NCBI GenBank assembly: GCA_032654565.1
Contig: JAULAX010000017.1
Coordinates: 160,001 to 224,000, forward strand
Source of the DNA: Anaeromyxobacteraceae bacterium
Lineage (GTDB): Bacteria > Myxococcota > Myxococcia > Myxococcales > Anaeromyxobacteraceae
Direction of reading: 5' to 3'
Length of the DNA: 64,000 nt
In this document: positions 1-10,284 of the stretch, piece by piece
Numbering within the stretch: the first letter of the stretch is position 1
Layout of the letters: each line of letters starts with the position of its first letter
Program-made: the position numbers and the translations under genes
Notes under the pieces: model-generated
Database searches by the model: none
What the model saw: only the letters and a program-made list of their open reading frames with translations
What the model was told of the DNA's origin: nothing

Positions 1-222
1 CAGCTGATCTCCACCACCAGCCGGGCCGAGGCCGACAAGCTGGCCGGCAAGGTCCAGGAGTTCGACCCCCGCGTCGAGGCCGCCGAGGTCTCCGGCAAGG
101 GGCGGGTCTACCGGGTCCGGGTCGGCGCCTACGACTCCCGCGCCGAGGCCGAGAAGGCGCTCAAGTCGCTGTCGGCGCGCTCCGGGGCCAAGGGGATGGT
201 CGTCACCCTGCGCCCCAAGTAG
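1..222 (+). CDS. SPOR domain protein, C-terminal part (5' truncated by window edge)
   Basis: Frame 1 reads QLISTTSRAEADKLA...GRVYRVRVGAYDSRAEAEKAL...; YRVRVG-x-[YF] is a SPOR signature; stop TAG at 220-222. Confidence 0.8.
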   Translation, partial: QLISTTSRAEADKLAGKVQEFDPRVEAAEVSGKGRVYRVRVGAYDSRAEAEKALKSLSARSGAKGMVVTLRPK

Positions 223-233
223 AGTCCCTGCGC

Positions 234-587
234 ATGAGCCTCTTCGAGCAGCCGAAGCGCGTCGAGAAGCCCTGGGGCTACGAGCTCTGGTGGGCCCAGT
301 CGGAGAAGTACGTGGGCAAGCTGCTCCACGTGAAGGCCGGCTTCCAGCTCTCGCTCCAGTACCACCTGAAGAAGGACGAGACCATCCACCTCGCCGCCGG
401 CCAGATGGTGCTGGTGCTGAAGCAGGGCGAGGCGCTGGTGGAGCACGTCATGAAGGTGGGCGAGAGCTACCGGGTGCGTCCCGGCACCGTCCACCGGATG
501 CGGGCCATCACCGACGTCGACGTCTGGGAGGTCTCCACGCCCGAGGTCGACGACGTGGTCCGGGTGCAGGACGACTACGGGCGCTGA
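234..587 (+). CDS. Cupin domain protein (mannose-6-phosphate isomerase-like)
   Basis: KPWG start, LSLQYHxxKDE and PGTVHR cupin motifs. Confidence 0.85.
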   Translation: MSLFEQPKRVEKPWGYELWWAQSEKYVGKLLHVKAGFQLSLQYHLKKDETIHLAAGQMVLVLKQGEALVEHVMKVGESYRVRPGTVHRMRAITDVDVWEVSTPEVDDVVRVQDDYGR

Positions 588-603
588 CCCGCTCCAGCCC
601 CGC

Positions 604-879
604 CTACCGCCCCGCCAGCAGCAGCCCCAGCGCCGCCGCCAGCCCCACCGCGGCCGCCAGCACCGTCAGGATCCAGCGCGAGCCCCCCTGGCGGTGACGG
701 GTCCCGGACAGCGCCGGCATCTCCCCGGCGCGCTCCCAGCGCTCCGCGGTCTCCTGCTTGACCAGGTCGTCGTCGGCCAGGAACCCCTGCTCGTAGAGGG
801 CGTGCAGGTCGGCGAGCGACGGCACCACCAGCTCGCGCCCCGCGGGGTCGCGCACCAGGTAGCGGCGGGGCGGCCTCAC
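604..879 (-). CDS. Small membrane-anchored protein with GYF_2-like domain
   Basis: GTG start overlaps upstream stop (GTGA); LHALYEQGFLADDDLV..W..AGEMPAL resembles GYF_2; C-terminal TM helix. Confidence 0.6.
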   Translation of the reverse strand: MRPPRRYLVRDPAGRELVVPSLADLHALYEQGFLADDDLVKQETAERWERAGEMPALSGTRHRQGGSRWILTVLAAAVGLAAALGLLLAGR

Positions 880-2471
880 GCCGGCCCCAGCTCGGCGGCG
901 ATGGCCTCGGCCACCTTGAGCCCGTCCACCGCCGAGGAGACGATGCCCCCGGCGTAGCCGGCCCCCTCGCCGCAGGGGTAGACGCCGCGCAGCGCCGGCG
1001 AGTGGAAGTCGGCCCCGCGCACCAGCCGGCAGGGGGAGCTGGTGCGGGTCTCGACGCCGATCAGCACCGCCTCGTCGGTGACGAAGCCGCGCATCCGCTT
1101 GTCGAAGGCGCGCAGCCCGGCCCGCAGCGCCGCCTTGACCGAGGCCGGGTAGAGCGGCTCCAGGTCGGCGTGGGTGAGGCCGGGGCGGTAGCTGGAGCGC
1201 CCCGGCGCCGCCCCCGGCTTCCCCGCCAGCCAGGCGGCCAGCCGCTGCGCCGGCGCCTTGAAGCCCCCGCCACCCAGGGTGAAGGCGGCCCGCTCCCACT
1301 TGCGCTGCCACTCCAGGCCGGCCAGCGGCCCCAGGAACCCCTCGGCGGCGAAGTCGTCGGGGCCGACCGCCGCCACCATGCCGGCGTTGGCCAGCGGCGA
1401 GGAGCGGTGCGAGTTGGACATGCCGTTGGTGCAGAGCTGCCCCGGCTCGGTGGGGGTGGGCACCACCACGCCGCCCGGGCACATGCAGAAGGAGAAGACG
1501 CCGCGCGGCGCCGCCCCGCCCAGCCTGGGGTTGTCGGCCAGCTTGTAGTCGGCGGGGGGGAGCCGGGGGTGGCGCGTGCCGCCGCCGTACTGGATGGAGT
1601 CGATGAGCGGCTGCGGGTGCTCGGCGCGGAAGCCGACCGCGAAGGGCTTCGACTCGATGGGCCAGCCGCGGGCGGCGAAGAGCTCGAAGAGCTCGCGCGC
1701 CGAGTTGCCGGGCGCCAGGATGAGCCGGTCGGAGTCGAGGGTGCGGCCGTCGGCCAGCCGCAGCCCGCAGAAGCGCCCCTCCCTGAGCTCCAGGTCGACG
1801 GCGCGCGCCCCCCAGTGGAACTCGCAGCCGCCGCGGGTCAGCTCCTCGACCATGGCCGAGATGGCCGAGGGCAGCACGTCGGAGCCGACGTGCGGCTTCC
1901 CCTCGGCGAGGATGCGGGTCACCCCGCCGAAGCGGGCGAAGAGCTCCACCACGGTGCGGACCGCCGGGTGGTGGATGCCGGTGCCGAGCTTGCCGTCGGT
2001 GTAGGCGCCGGCGCCCCCCTCGCCGAAGTTCATGTTCGACTCGGGGTCGAGGGTGCCGTCGCGCATCAGCGCCGCCACGTCGCGGCGCCGCGGCCCCACG
2101 GTGCGCCCGCGGTCGACGACGATGGAGGGGACGCCGCGCTCCAGCAACCCCCAGGCGCAGAAGAGGCCGGCCGGGCCGGCGCCGAGGATGATGGGGCGGG
2201 CGGCCGGGGCGCGGGCGCGCGGGGGCGGGCCGGGCGGCGCCGGGGCGGGGAGCACGTCGGACGGCGGCGTGGGCAGCGCGCCGTCCAGCGTCACCTCCAG
2301 GCTGACCAGCCAGCGGGGCTGCCCCTTCTTGCGGGCGTCGAGCGAGCGGCGCAGCACCACCACGTCGCGCAGCGCCGCGGGGGCCACCGAGAGCCGCTCG
2401 GCGGCCCGGCGCCGCAGCGTCTCGTCGTCCTCGTCGAGCCGCTGGGGAAGGTTCTGGATCCGGTAGCGCAT
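876..2471 (-). CDS. FAD-dependent oxidoreductase/dehydrogenase (uncharacterised family)
   Basis: GAGPAG Rossmann motif, FGEGGAGAYTDGKL, FCMCPGG, GEGAGYAGGIVSSAVDG. Confidence 0.85.
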   Translation of the reverse strand: MRYRIQNLPQRLDEDDETLRRRAAERLSVAPAALRDVVVLRRSLDARKKGQPRWLVSLEVTLDGALPTPPSDVLPAPAPPGPPPRARAPAARPIILGAGPAGLFCAWGLLERGVPSIVVDRGRTVGPRRRDVAALMRDGTLDPESNMNFGEGGAGAYTDGKLGTGIHHPAVRTVVELFARFGGVTRILAEGKPHVGSDVLPSAISAMVEELTRGGCEFHWGARAVDLELREGRFCGLRLADGRTLDSDRLILAPGNSARELFELFAARGWPIESKPFAVGFRAEHPQPLIDSIQYGGGTRHPRLPPADYKLADNPRLGGAAPRGVFSFCMCPGGVVVPTPTEPGQLCTNGMSNSHRSSPLANAGMVAAVGPDDFAAEGFLGPLAGLEWQRKWERAAFTLGGGGFKAPAQRLAAWLAGKPGAAPGRSSYRPGLTHADLEPLYPASVKAALRAGLRAFDKRMRGFVTDEAVLIGVETRTSSPCRLVRGADFHSPALRGVYPCGEGAGYAGGIVSSAVDGLKVAEAIAAELGPA

Positions 2472-2643
2472 GAGGTTCTTCAGGAACGGCGGGGACTCAG
2501 GGAGGCGTGAAGGGCGGTACGCACCATGGACAGGGCACAGCGTTCATTTCGCGTACTCACCTACGCACCGGTCAGCCTACAGAGGAAGCCCGCTCGACGC
2601 CAACCCTTCGATATCACGGCAGAACCCCACGACCCCTCCGGGT

Positions 2644-2659
2644 TGGTCCGCAGCTTGCT
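2644..2659 (+). promoter_or_regulatory. Putative sigma54 (-24/-12) promoter
   Basis: TGGTCCGCAGCTTGCT: GG-N10-GC with TTGCT, about 55 bp upstream of ATG 2714. Confidence 0.6.
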
Positions 2660-2713
2660 TTGCTCCCAGCCATCGTCACACCGCGGTGGCCCGCTCCCCC
2701 TGGAGACCTCCAC

Positions 2714-2926
2714 ATGGTACCAGCCAAGCTCGACGTCAAGGGTACACAGATCCTCGCCAGGACGCTCTTCAAGGAGCTGCGCGGCAGCGGCTACACCGCC
2801 AACCAGATCCTCGGGCTCTCCACCGAGCTCATCGATCTGGTCACCAAGGACCTCAAGTCGGACCAGTCGTCGCACCTCGCCGCGGTCGACTCCCCGCCCG
2901 GCGAGGGCTGGCGCGCGGCGCTCTAG
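2714..2926 (+). CDS. Small hypothetical protein (70 aa, predicted helical)
   Basis: GGAG RBS before ATG 2714, GC3-biased codons, flanked by promoter and terminator. Confidence 0.7.
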   Translation: MVPAKLDVKGTQILARTLFKELRGSGYTANQILGLSTELIDLVTKDLKSDQSSHLAAVDSPPGEGWRAAL

Positions 2927-2970
2927 GCCGCCGTCCCCGGCCAACTTTCACGCAGCGAGAAGTACCGAGA

Positions 2971-3007
2971 AGTGGACGGCGCTCCCCCCCGGGCGCCGTT
3001 CGCTTTT
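2971..3007 (+). terminator. Intrinsic terminator
   Basis: Hairpin AGTGGACGGCGCTC / GGGCGCCGTTCGCT followed by T-run. Confidence 0.6.
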
Positions 3008-3035
3008 GGGGGCCGGGGAGCGGCCGGCGGCCACG

Positions 3036-3064
3036 TTGACACCCCCGGGCGCTGCAAGTAGCTT
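3036..3064 (+). promoter_or_regulatory. sigma70 promoter of gap operon
   Basis: TTGACA-N17-TAGCTT. Confidence 0.7.
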
Positions 3065-3106
3065 GGCCGCCCCATTCTTGACCCCTGCGGGGGGAGGACT
3101 CCAGCC

Positions 3107-4114
3107 ATGGCGCGCATTGCTATCAACGGTTTCGGTCGCATCGGCCGCTGCATCCTGCGGGCGGCGATCGAGCGCGGCGAGAAGGACCTCGAGTTCGTCT
3201 CCATCAACGACCTGACCGACACCAAGACCCTGGCCCACCTGCTCAAGTACGACTCGGTCCACGGGGTGCTCGAGGCCGAGGTCAAGGCCACCGCCACCGG
3301 CATCCTGGTCAACGGCAAGGAGATCCAGGTCACCGCCATCAAGAGCCCGGCCGAGCTGCCGCACGCCGCCAACAAGGTCGACCTGGCGCTGGAGTGCACC
3401 GGCCTGTTCACCGCCCGTGAGAAGGCCGAGACCCACCTGGCCGCCGGCGCCCCCCGCGTGCTGATCTCGGCGCCGGCCACCAACCCGGACATCACCATCG
3501 CCTTCGGCATCAACCACCTGGCCTACGACGCCGCCAAGCACAAGATCGTCTCCAACGCCTCCTGCACCACCAACTGCCTGACCCCGGTGGCCAAGGTGCT
3601 GCTGGAGGGCTTCGGCATCAAGCGCGGCCTGATGACCACCATCCACAGCTACACCAACGACCAGAACCTGCTCGACCTGCCGCACAAGGACCTGCGCCGG
3701 GCCCGGGCCGCTGCCCTCTCCATGATCCCGTCCACCACCGGCGCCGCCAAGGCGGTGGCCGAGGTGATCCCGGCGCTCAAGGGCAAGCTGCACGGCACCT
3801 CGATCCGGGTGCCGACCCCCAACGTCTCGCTGGTCGACCTGACCGTGGAGCTGGAGAAGGACACCACCAAGGAGGAGATCAACGCCGCCTTCAAGGCCGC
3901 GGCGGCCGGCCCGCTCAAGGGCGTGCTGCTCTACTCCGAGGACCCCACCGTCTCCATCGACTACAACGGCAACCCCCACAGCGCCATCTTCGACGCCACC
4001 AACACCTTCGTGCTCGGCGACAAGGGGAACTTCGCCAAGGTGTTCGCCTGGTACGACAACGAGTGGGGCTTCTCCAACCGCATGGTCGACATGGCCAGGC
4101 ACCTCACCCGCTAG
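3107..4114 (+). CDS. gap: Glyceraldehyde-3-phosphate dehydrogenase
   Basis: [24 protein letters not shown]. Confidence 0.98.
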   Translation: MARIAINGFGRIGRCILRAAIERGEKDLEFVSINDLTDTKTLAHLLKYDSVHGVLEAEVKATATGILVNGKEIQVTAIKSPAELPHAANKVDLALECTGLFTAREKAETHLAAGAPRVLISAPATNPDITIAFGINHLAYDAAKHKIVSNASCTTNCLTPVAKVLLEGFGIKRGLMTTIHSYTNDQNLLDLPHKDLRRARAAALSMIPSTTGAAKAVAEVIPALKGKLHGTSIRVPTPNVSLVDLTVELEKDTTKEEINAAFKAAAAGPLKGVLLYSEDPTVSIDYNGNPHSAIFDATNTFVLGDKGNFAKVFAWYDNEWGFSNRMVDMARHLTR

Positions 4115-4138
4115 CCGCCGACCACGAGAGGGAGGCCC

Positions 4139-5329
<1,191 letters not shown>

Positions 5330-5331
5330 CC

Positions 5332-6086
<755 letters not shown>

Positions 6087-6090
<4 letters not shown>

Positions 6091-6425
6091 TTACCCTCGT
6101 CACCATCCTGCACATCTTCGTCTGCATCTTCCTCATCCTCATCATCCTGCTCCAGGCGGGCAAGGGCGGCGGCATGGGGGCGGCCTTCGGCGGCGCCGGC
6201 GCGCAGACCGTCTTCGGCGGCCGCGGGGCCCAGACCTTCCTCGGCAAGGTCACCAGCGTCAGCGCCTTCATCTTCATGCTGACCTCGCTGACCCTGGCCT
6301 ACAACTCGTCGAAGACCAAGTCGGTGATCGACGCCCACGCCCCGGCGGCGCAGACGGCGCCGGCCCCGGCCGCCCCGGCGGCGCCGGCCTCGACGCCCGC
6401 TCCCGCTCCCGCTCCCGCCAAGTAG
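6087..6425 (+). CDS. secG: Preprotein translocase subunit SecG
   Basis: [17 protein letters not shown] between two TM helices; conserved position after tpiA. Confidence 0.95.
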
Positions 6426-6460
6426 GCGTCGGCGCTGGCCCGGCCCGGGCCGCGGTGCAA

Positions 6461-6494
6461 AGAAAAAGGGACCCGGCGCTGGCCGGGTCCCTTT
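6461..6494 (-). terminator. Intrinsic (possibly bidirectional) terminator between secG and tRNA-Leu
   Basis: AAAGGGACCCGGC-gctg-GCCGGGTCCCTTT with A-tract on the left. Confidence 0.8.
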
Positions 6495-6505
6495 CGCTTC
6501 TCGAG

Positions 6506-6587
6506 TGCCCAGGGCGGGATTCGAACCCGCACGCCTTACGGCGCCACCCCCTCAAGATGGTGTGTCTACCAGTTTCACCACCTGGGC
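6506..6587 (-). tRNA. tRNA-Leu(GAG)
   Basis: GCCCAGG/CCTGGGC acceptor stem, loop TTGAGGG, long variable arm, GTTCGAATC; CCA not encoded. Confidence 0.95.
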
Positions 6588-6708
6588 TTGAAGCGGCGTC
6601 GGTATGTAGCAGAGGCCCGGGGTGGCTGCAAGCGCGGGCCGGCCCCCGGATCGCGAAAGGGGGCCGGTCCGAACCGGGCTAGAATCGCCCCTCCCAGGGA
6701 GGCGCACC

Positions 6709-7083
6709 ATGACCCGGCCGCTCGTCATCTTCCTCTCCGCCAGCGGGTGGCCGGAGCGCTACCAGGCGGTGATGCTGGCGGTCACCGCGGCGTCGCTGGG
6801 CGACCCGGTCACCGTGGTCCTGGCCTTCGAGCCGCTGCGCGCCTTCGTGGAGGGGCGCTTCGAGGAGGGGGCGCCCGCCACCGTGGCCGCGGCCCGGGTG
6901 CCGCCGCTGGCGGAGACGCTGGGCGAGGCGCGGCGCGAGCTGGGGCTGCGGCTGGTGGCCTGCGAGACGGCGGTGCGGCTGGCCGGGCTCGACCCCGGGG
7001 TGGTGGCCGGGGTGCTCGACGGCCTCGAGCCGCTCCCCTCGCTCTGGCGGCTGGCGCAGCAGGGGCGGGCGCTCCACTTCTAG
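6709..7083 (+). CDS. DsrE/DsrF-like sulfur relay protein
   Basis: GGAGG RBS; pattern LAVTAASLGDPVTVVL...LVACETA with a single conserved-type Cys. Confidence 0.7.
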   Translation: MTRPLVIFLSASGWPERYQAVMLAVTAASLGDPVTVVLAFEPLRAFVEGRFEEGAPATVAAARVPPLAETLGEARRELGLRLVACETAVRLAGLDPGVVAGVLDGLEPLPSLWRLAQQGRALHF

Positions 7084-7134
7084 GGGAGGCCGCCGTTGCC
7101 CCGTTCCCGTGGCGCGGGCTATGACCGGGGCGCG

Positions 7135-7881
7135 ATGGACCTCTCGAGGAAGAGCGCGCTGGTGATCGGCGCCGGCGGCCTGGGTGGCCCGGCGCTGCTC
7201 ACCCTGGCGGCGGGCGGCGTCGGCCGGCTGGTGGTGATCGACGACGACGTGGTCGAGAGCTCCAACCTCAACCGGCAGCCGCTCTTCGGCGAGGCCGACC
7301 TCGGCCAGCCCAAGGCGGCGGTGGCGGCGGCCCGGCTGCGGGCGCTCCACCCGGCCCTGCAGGTGACGCCGCTGGCCCGCCGCTTCGACGCCGGCGAGGC
7401 GCTGGCGCTGGCGGCCGACGTCGACGTGCTGGTCGACGGCTCGGACAACTTCGCCACCAAGTTCCTCGCCAGCGACGCCGCGCTGCAGGCCGGCAAGCCG
7501 CTGGTCCACGGCGGCGTGCTGCGCACCTCGCTGCAGGTCCTCTCGGTGGTGCCGGGCTTCTCCGGCTGCGTCCGCTGCCTCTTCGAGGCGCCGCCGCCGC
7601 CCGGGCAGGTGCCGTCCTGCGCCGAGGCCGGCATCGTCGGCGCCCTCTCCGGCTTCGCCGGCGGGCTGATGGGGGCGGAGGCGCTGCGGCTGCTGGCCGG
7701 CGAGCGCGGCGCCTACACCGGGCGGCTCTTCGTCTTCGAGGCCCGCACCGGCCGCGGCCGGCTGGTGCTGGTCCGCCGCCGCCCCGGCTGCCCGGCCTGC
7801 GCCGGCACCCAGCCGCTCGAGTCGACGCGGCCACCCGGCCCGGCCGACTGCGCCAGCTCCCCGGGAGGGCCCACGCCATGA
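7135..7881 (+). CDS. ThiF/MoeB/HesA family E1-like adenylyltransferase (active-site copy)
   Basis: GAGGLG, DDDVVESSNLNRQ, QPKA, DGSDN, CVRC, PSCAEAG, CPAC; alternative TTG start at 7096. Confidence 0.92.
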   Translation: MDLSRKSALVIGAGGLGGPALLTLAAGGVGRLVVIDDDVVESSNLNRQPLFGEADLGQPKAAVAAARLRALHPALQVTPLARRFDAGEALALAADVDVLVDGSDNFATKFLASDAALQAGKPLVHGGVLRTSLQVLSVVPGFSGCVRCLFEAPPPPGQVPSCAEAGIVGALSGFAGGLMGAEALRLLAGERGAYTGRLFVFEARTGRGRLVLVRRRPGCPACAGTQPLESTRPPGPADCASSPGGPTP

Positions 7882-8150
7882 GCGAGTTCCGCATCGCCTC
7901 GGCGATGATCGACGTCCGCGACGTCTCCTGCCCCATCACCTGGGTGCGGACCCGGATCGCCCTGGAGAAGGTGGGGCTGGGCGAGCTGGTGGTGGTGCTG
8001 CTGCAGGAGGGCGAGCCGCTGCGCAACGTCCCGGCCAGCGCCCGCGAGGATGGGCACCGGGTGGTCTCGCTGCAGCCGCTCGAGGACGAGGGGCCGGGGA
8101 CCTGGGAGGTGGTGCTGGAGAAGGGGGCGCCGCCGCCGGCGCTGCCCTGA
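7878..8150 (+). CDS. TusA/SirA family sulfur carrier
   Basis: IDVRDVSCPITW (D..CP motif), 90 aa; ATGA overlap with upstream E1 gene. Confidence 0.85.
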   Translation: MSEFRIASAMIDVRDVSCPITWVRTRIALEKVGLGELVVVLLQEGEPLRNVPASAREDGHRVVSLQPLEDEGPGTWEVVLEKGAPPPALP

Positions 8151-8161
8151 GGAGACCCGCC

Positions 8162-8908
8162 ATGCCTGTCACCCCGTCCGCCCCGTCGACCACGCCCCGC
8201 GACCAGCTCGACGGCCCGCGCATCGCCCGCTGGGCCCGCCAGCTGCTGGTCCCCGGCTTCGGCGCCGCCGGGCAGGAGCGGCTGCTGGCGGCCCGGATCC
8301 GGGTGGTGGGGGCGGGTGGGGTGGCCACCCCGGCGCTGGTGGCGCTGGCCCAGGCCGGCGCCGGCACCCTCTGGCTCGACGATCCCGAGCCGGTCGGGCC
8401 GGAGGACCTGCTGGGCTGGCTCTACACCCCGGCCGACGTGGGGCGGCCGCGCGCCGCGGTGGCGGTGGCGGCGCTGGCCGGGCTCTCCCGCTTCATCAAG
8501 GTGGCCCCGTACCCGGCGGGTGGGGCGCCGTCGGCGACGCTCATCTGCGTGGCCTCGGCGGCGCTGGCGCTGGAGGCGGCCGAGGTGGCGCGGCGCGGGA
8601 AGATCCCGCACGTGGTGCTGGAGCTGGACGGCGAGGCCGGGCAGCTGGTCTCGGTCCCGCCCGGCGCCCCCTGCTTCGCCTGCGGCCGCTTCACCGCCGC
8701 CGGGGAGCGACCGCCGGTGGCCGCCTCGCTGGCGCTGGCCTCGCTGGCGGCGCAGGAGCTGCTGCGGCTGGTGGTGGAGCCGGAGGTGAAGGAGGGCCGG
8801 CGCTTCGACGTGGTGCGCGGGGTGCCTGGGGTGCGGGCCACGCAGCGGCTCCCCGGGTGCGTCTGCGGCCAGACCGGGACCACGAGTGAAGCGCCCGCCG
8901 GACCCTGA
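8162..8908 (+). CDS. ThiF/MoeB family protein with degenerate active site (pseudo-E1)
   Basis: RWARQLLVPGFGAAGQERL, GAGG and CFAC present; SNLxRQ and DxxDN motifs missing. Confidence 0.85.
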   Translation: MPVTPSAPSTTPRDQLDGPRIARWARQLLVPGFGAAGQERLLAARIRVVGAGGVATPALVALAQAGAGTLWLDDPEPVGPEDLLGWLYTPADVGRPRAAVAVAALAGLSRFIKVAPYPAGGAPSATLICVASAALALEAAEVARRGKIPHVVLELDGEAGQLVSVPPGAPCFACGRFTAAGERPPVAASLALASLAAQELLRLVVEPEVKEGRRFDVVRGVPGVRATQRLPGCVCGQTGTTSEAPAGP

Positions 8909-9368
8909 GGCGCCCCGCGAGGCGGACCTGGTCGCGGGCCGCACCTGGCCGGTGGAGCGGCTGGTGGCGCTGGCCGAAGGCTCGCCCGGGGCCGAGGTCT
9001 GCGGGCTGCTGGTGCGCGGCGAGGCGGGAGAGGTGGAGCCCTGGCCGGTGCCCAACGTCTCGCCCACCCCGGTGCGGTCCTTCGAGCTCTCGCCGCTGGC
9101 GCTGCTCGACGCCCTGCGCCGGCTCGACCGCGGCGGGGGACTGCTGGTGGGGGTCTACCACTCCCACCTGGGGGGCGGCGCCGGGCTCTCGGCGCGTGAC
9201 CTGGAGGGGGCGCTGGTCGATGGAACCCCCGTCCTGCGCGGGTGCGCGCAGGTGGTGGTGGCGCTCGAGAAGGGGCGGGCGACGGTGGTCCGGGCCCACG
9301 GCTGGAACGGTCAGTGCTTCCAACCCGACGACGTCTGGCGCCGGCCCCTGACTCCCCCGTCAGGGTGA
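8886..9368 (+). CDS. JAB/Mov34 (JAMM, M67) metallopeptidase
   Basis: EVCGLL and YHSH-x7-S-xx-D JAMM motif. Confidence 0.9.
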   Translation: MKRPPDPEAPREADLVAGRTWPVERLVALAEGSPGAEVCGLLVRGEAGEVEPWPVPNVSPTPVRSFELSPLALLDALRRLDRGGGLLVGVYHSHLGGGAGLSARDLEGALVDGTPVLRGCAQVVVALEKGRATVVRAHGWNGQCFQPDDVWRRPLTPPSG

Positions 9369-9426
9369 AAATCTCCTAACCTGCCGACAGAACGCGGGAA
9401 ATCGAACCCCGACCTGCGAACTCCAC

Positions 9427-9455
9427 TTGGATTGGGGGCGCCGGCGGGGTATACT
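9427..9455 (+). promoter_or_regulatory. sigma70 promoter
   Basis: TTGGAT-N17-TATACT upstream of ATG 9483. Confidence 0.6.
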
Positions 9456-9482
9456 ATCTGTTCACCCCGTTCCGAGGTCTGC

Positions 9483-10232
9483 ATGGACTTTCAGCAGAGC
9501 ACCGGGTTCATCATCTGGCTGACCGGCATGAAAAAGGCCGGAAAGACCACGCTCGCCAACCAGTTGGCGCTGCGGCTGACGCAGGCCGGTCGCGTCGTCC
9601 AGCTGCTCGACGAGGATGGCGATGCCAAGTTCCTCCTCGAGGGGCTCGGCCCCACCAAGGACGGCCAGGTCTCCGCGGTGAAGCGGTTCGGCTACACCGC
9701 CAAGGCGGTGGCCCGGACCGGCGGCGTGGCCATCTGCGCCGCGCTCTCGCCGTTCCGCGAGCCGCGCGAGCAGCTGCGCCGGGAGTCGCGTCGCTTCGTC
9801 GAGGTCTTCGTCGACTGCACCATCGAGAAGCTGATGGATCGCGACGGCAAGGAGGCCTACTACAAGAAGGCGATGATCGGCGAGATCACCCAGGTGGCCG
9901 GGGTCGACCTGCCGTACGAGCCGCCGGTCCACGCCGAGCTGGTGCTCCACACCGAGCAGGAGTCGATCGAGGCCAGCCTGACCCGCATCTTCCAGACGCT
10001 GGTGGACGGCAAGTTCATCGGCCCCACCGAGTTCGGGCGGCTCACCGGCGGCCTCAAGCCGAAGCGCAAGGGCAAGGGGGGCAAGGCGTCCGCGGAGGCC
10101 AGGCCGCCCAAGGTGATCAAGGTGGCGGTCCTGAAGAAGGCCCCGGCCAAGGCCGCCGCCAAGGTGACCAAGGCGCCGGCCAAGGCCAAGGCTGCCGCCA
10201 AGGGCAAGGGCAAGGGCTCGAAGAAGCGCTGA
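9483..10232 (+). CDS. cysC: Adenylyl-sulfate kinase-like protein with Lys/Ala-rich tail
   Basis: IWLTGMKKAGKTT P-loop, SPFR, FVEVFV, YKKA, PYEPP; divergent in substrate residues. Confidence 0.75.
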   Translation: MDFQQSTGFIIWLTGMKKAGKTTLANQLALRLTQAGRVVQLLDEDGDAKFLLEGLGPTKDGQVSAVKRFGYTAKAVARTGGVAICAALSPFREPREQLRRESRRFVEVFVDCTIEKLMDRDGKEAYYKKAMIGEITQVAGVDLPYEPPVHAELVLHTEQESIEASLTRIFQTLVDGKFIGPTEFGRLTGGLKPKRKGKGGKASAEARPPKVIKVAVLKKAPAKAAAKVTKAPAKAKAAAKGKGKGSKKR

Positions 10233-10284
10233 CGCCCCGGCGGCGGCGCCCCCGTCGCCACCGGTCGGCGCTACCATGGTGACG

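Noticed and set aside
7135..9368. CBASS/Bil-type antiphage ubiquitin-like system
   Set aside because: No E2, CD-NTase or Ubl gene; TusA/DsrE context points to sulfur transfer
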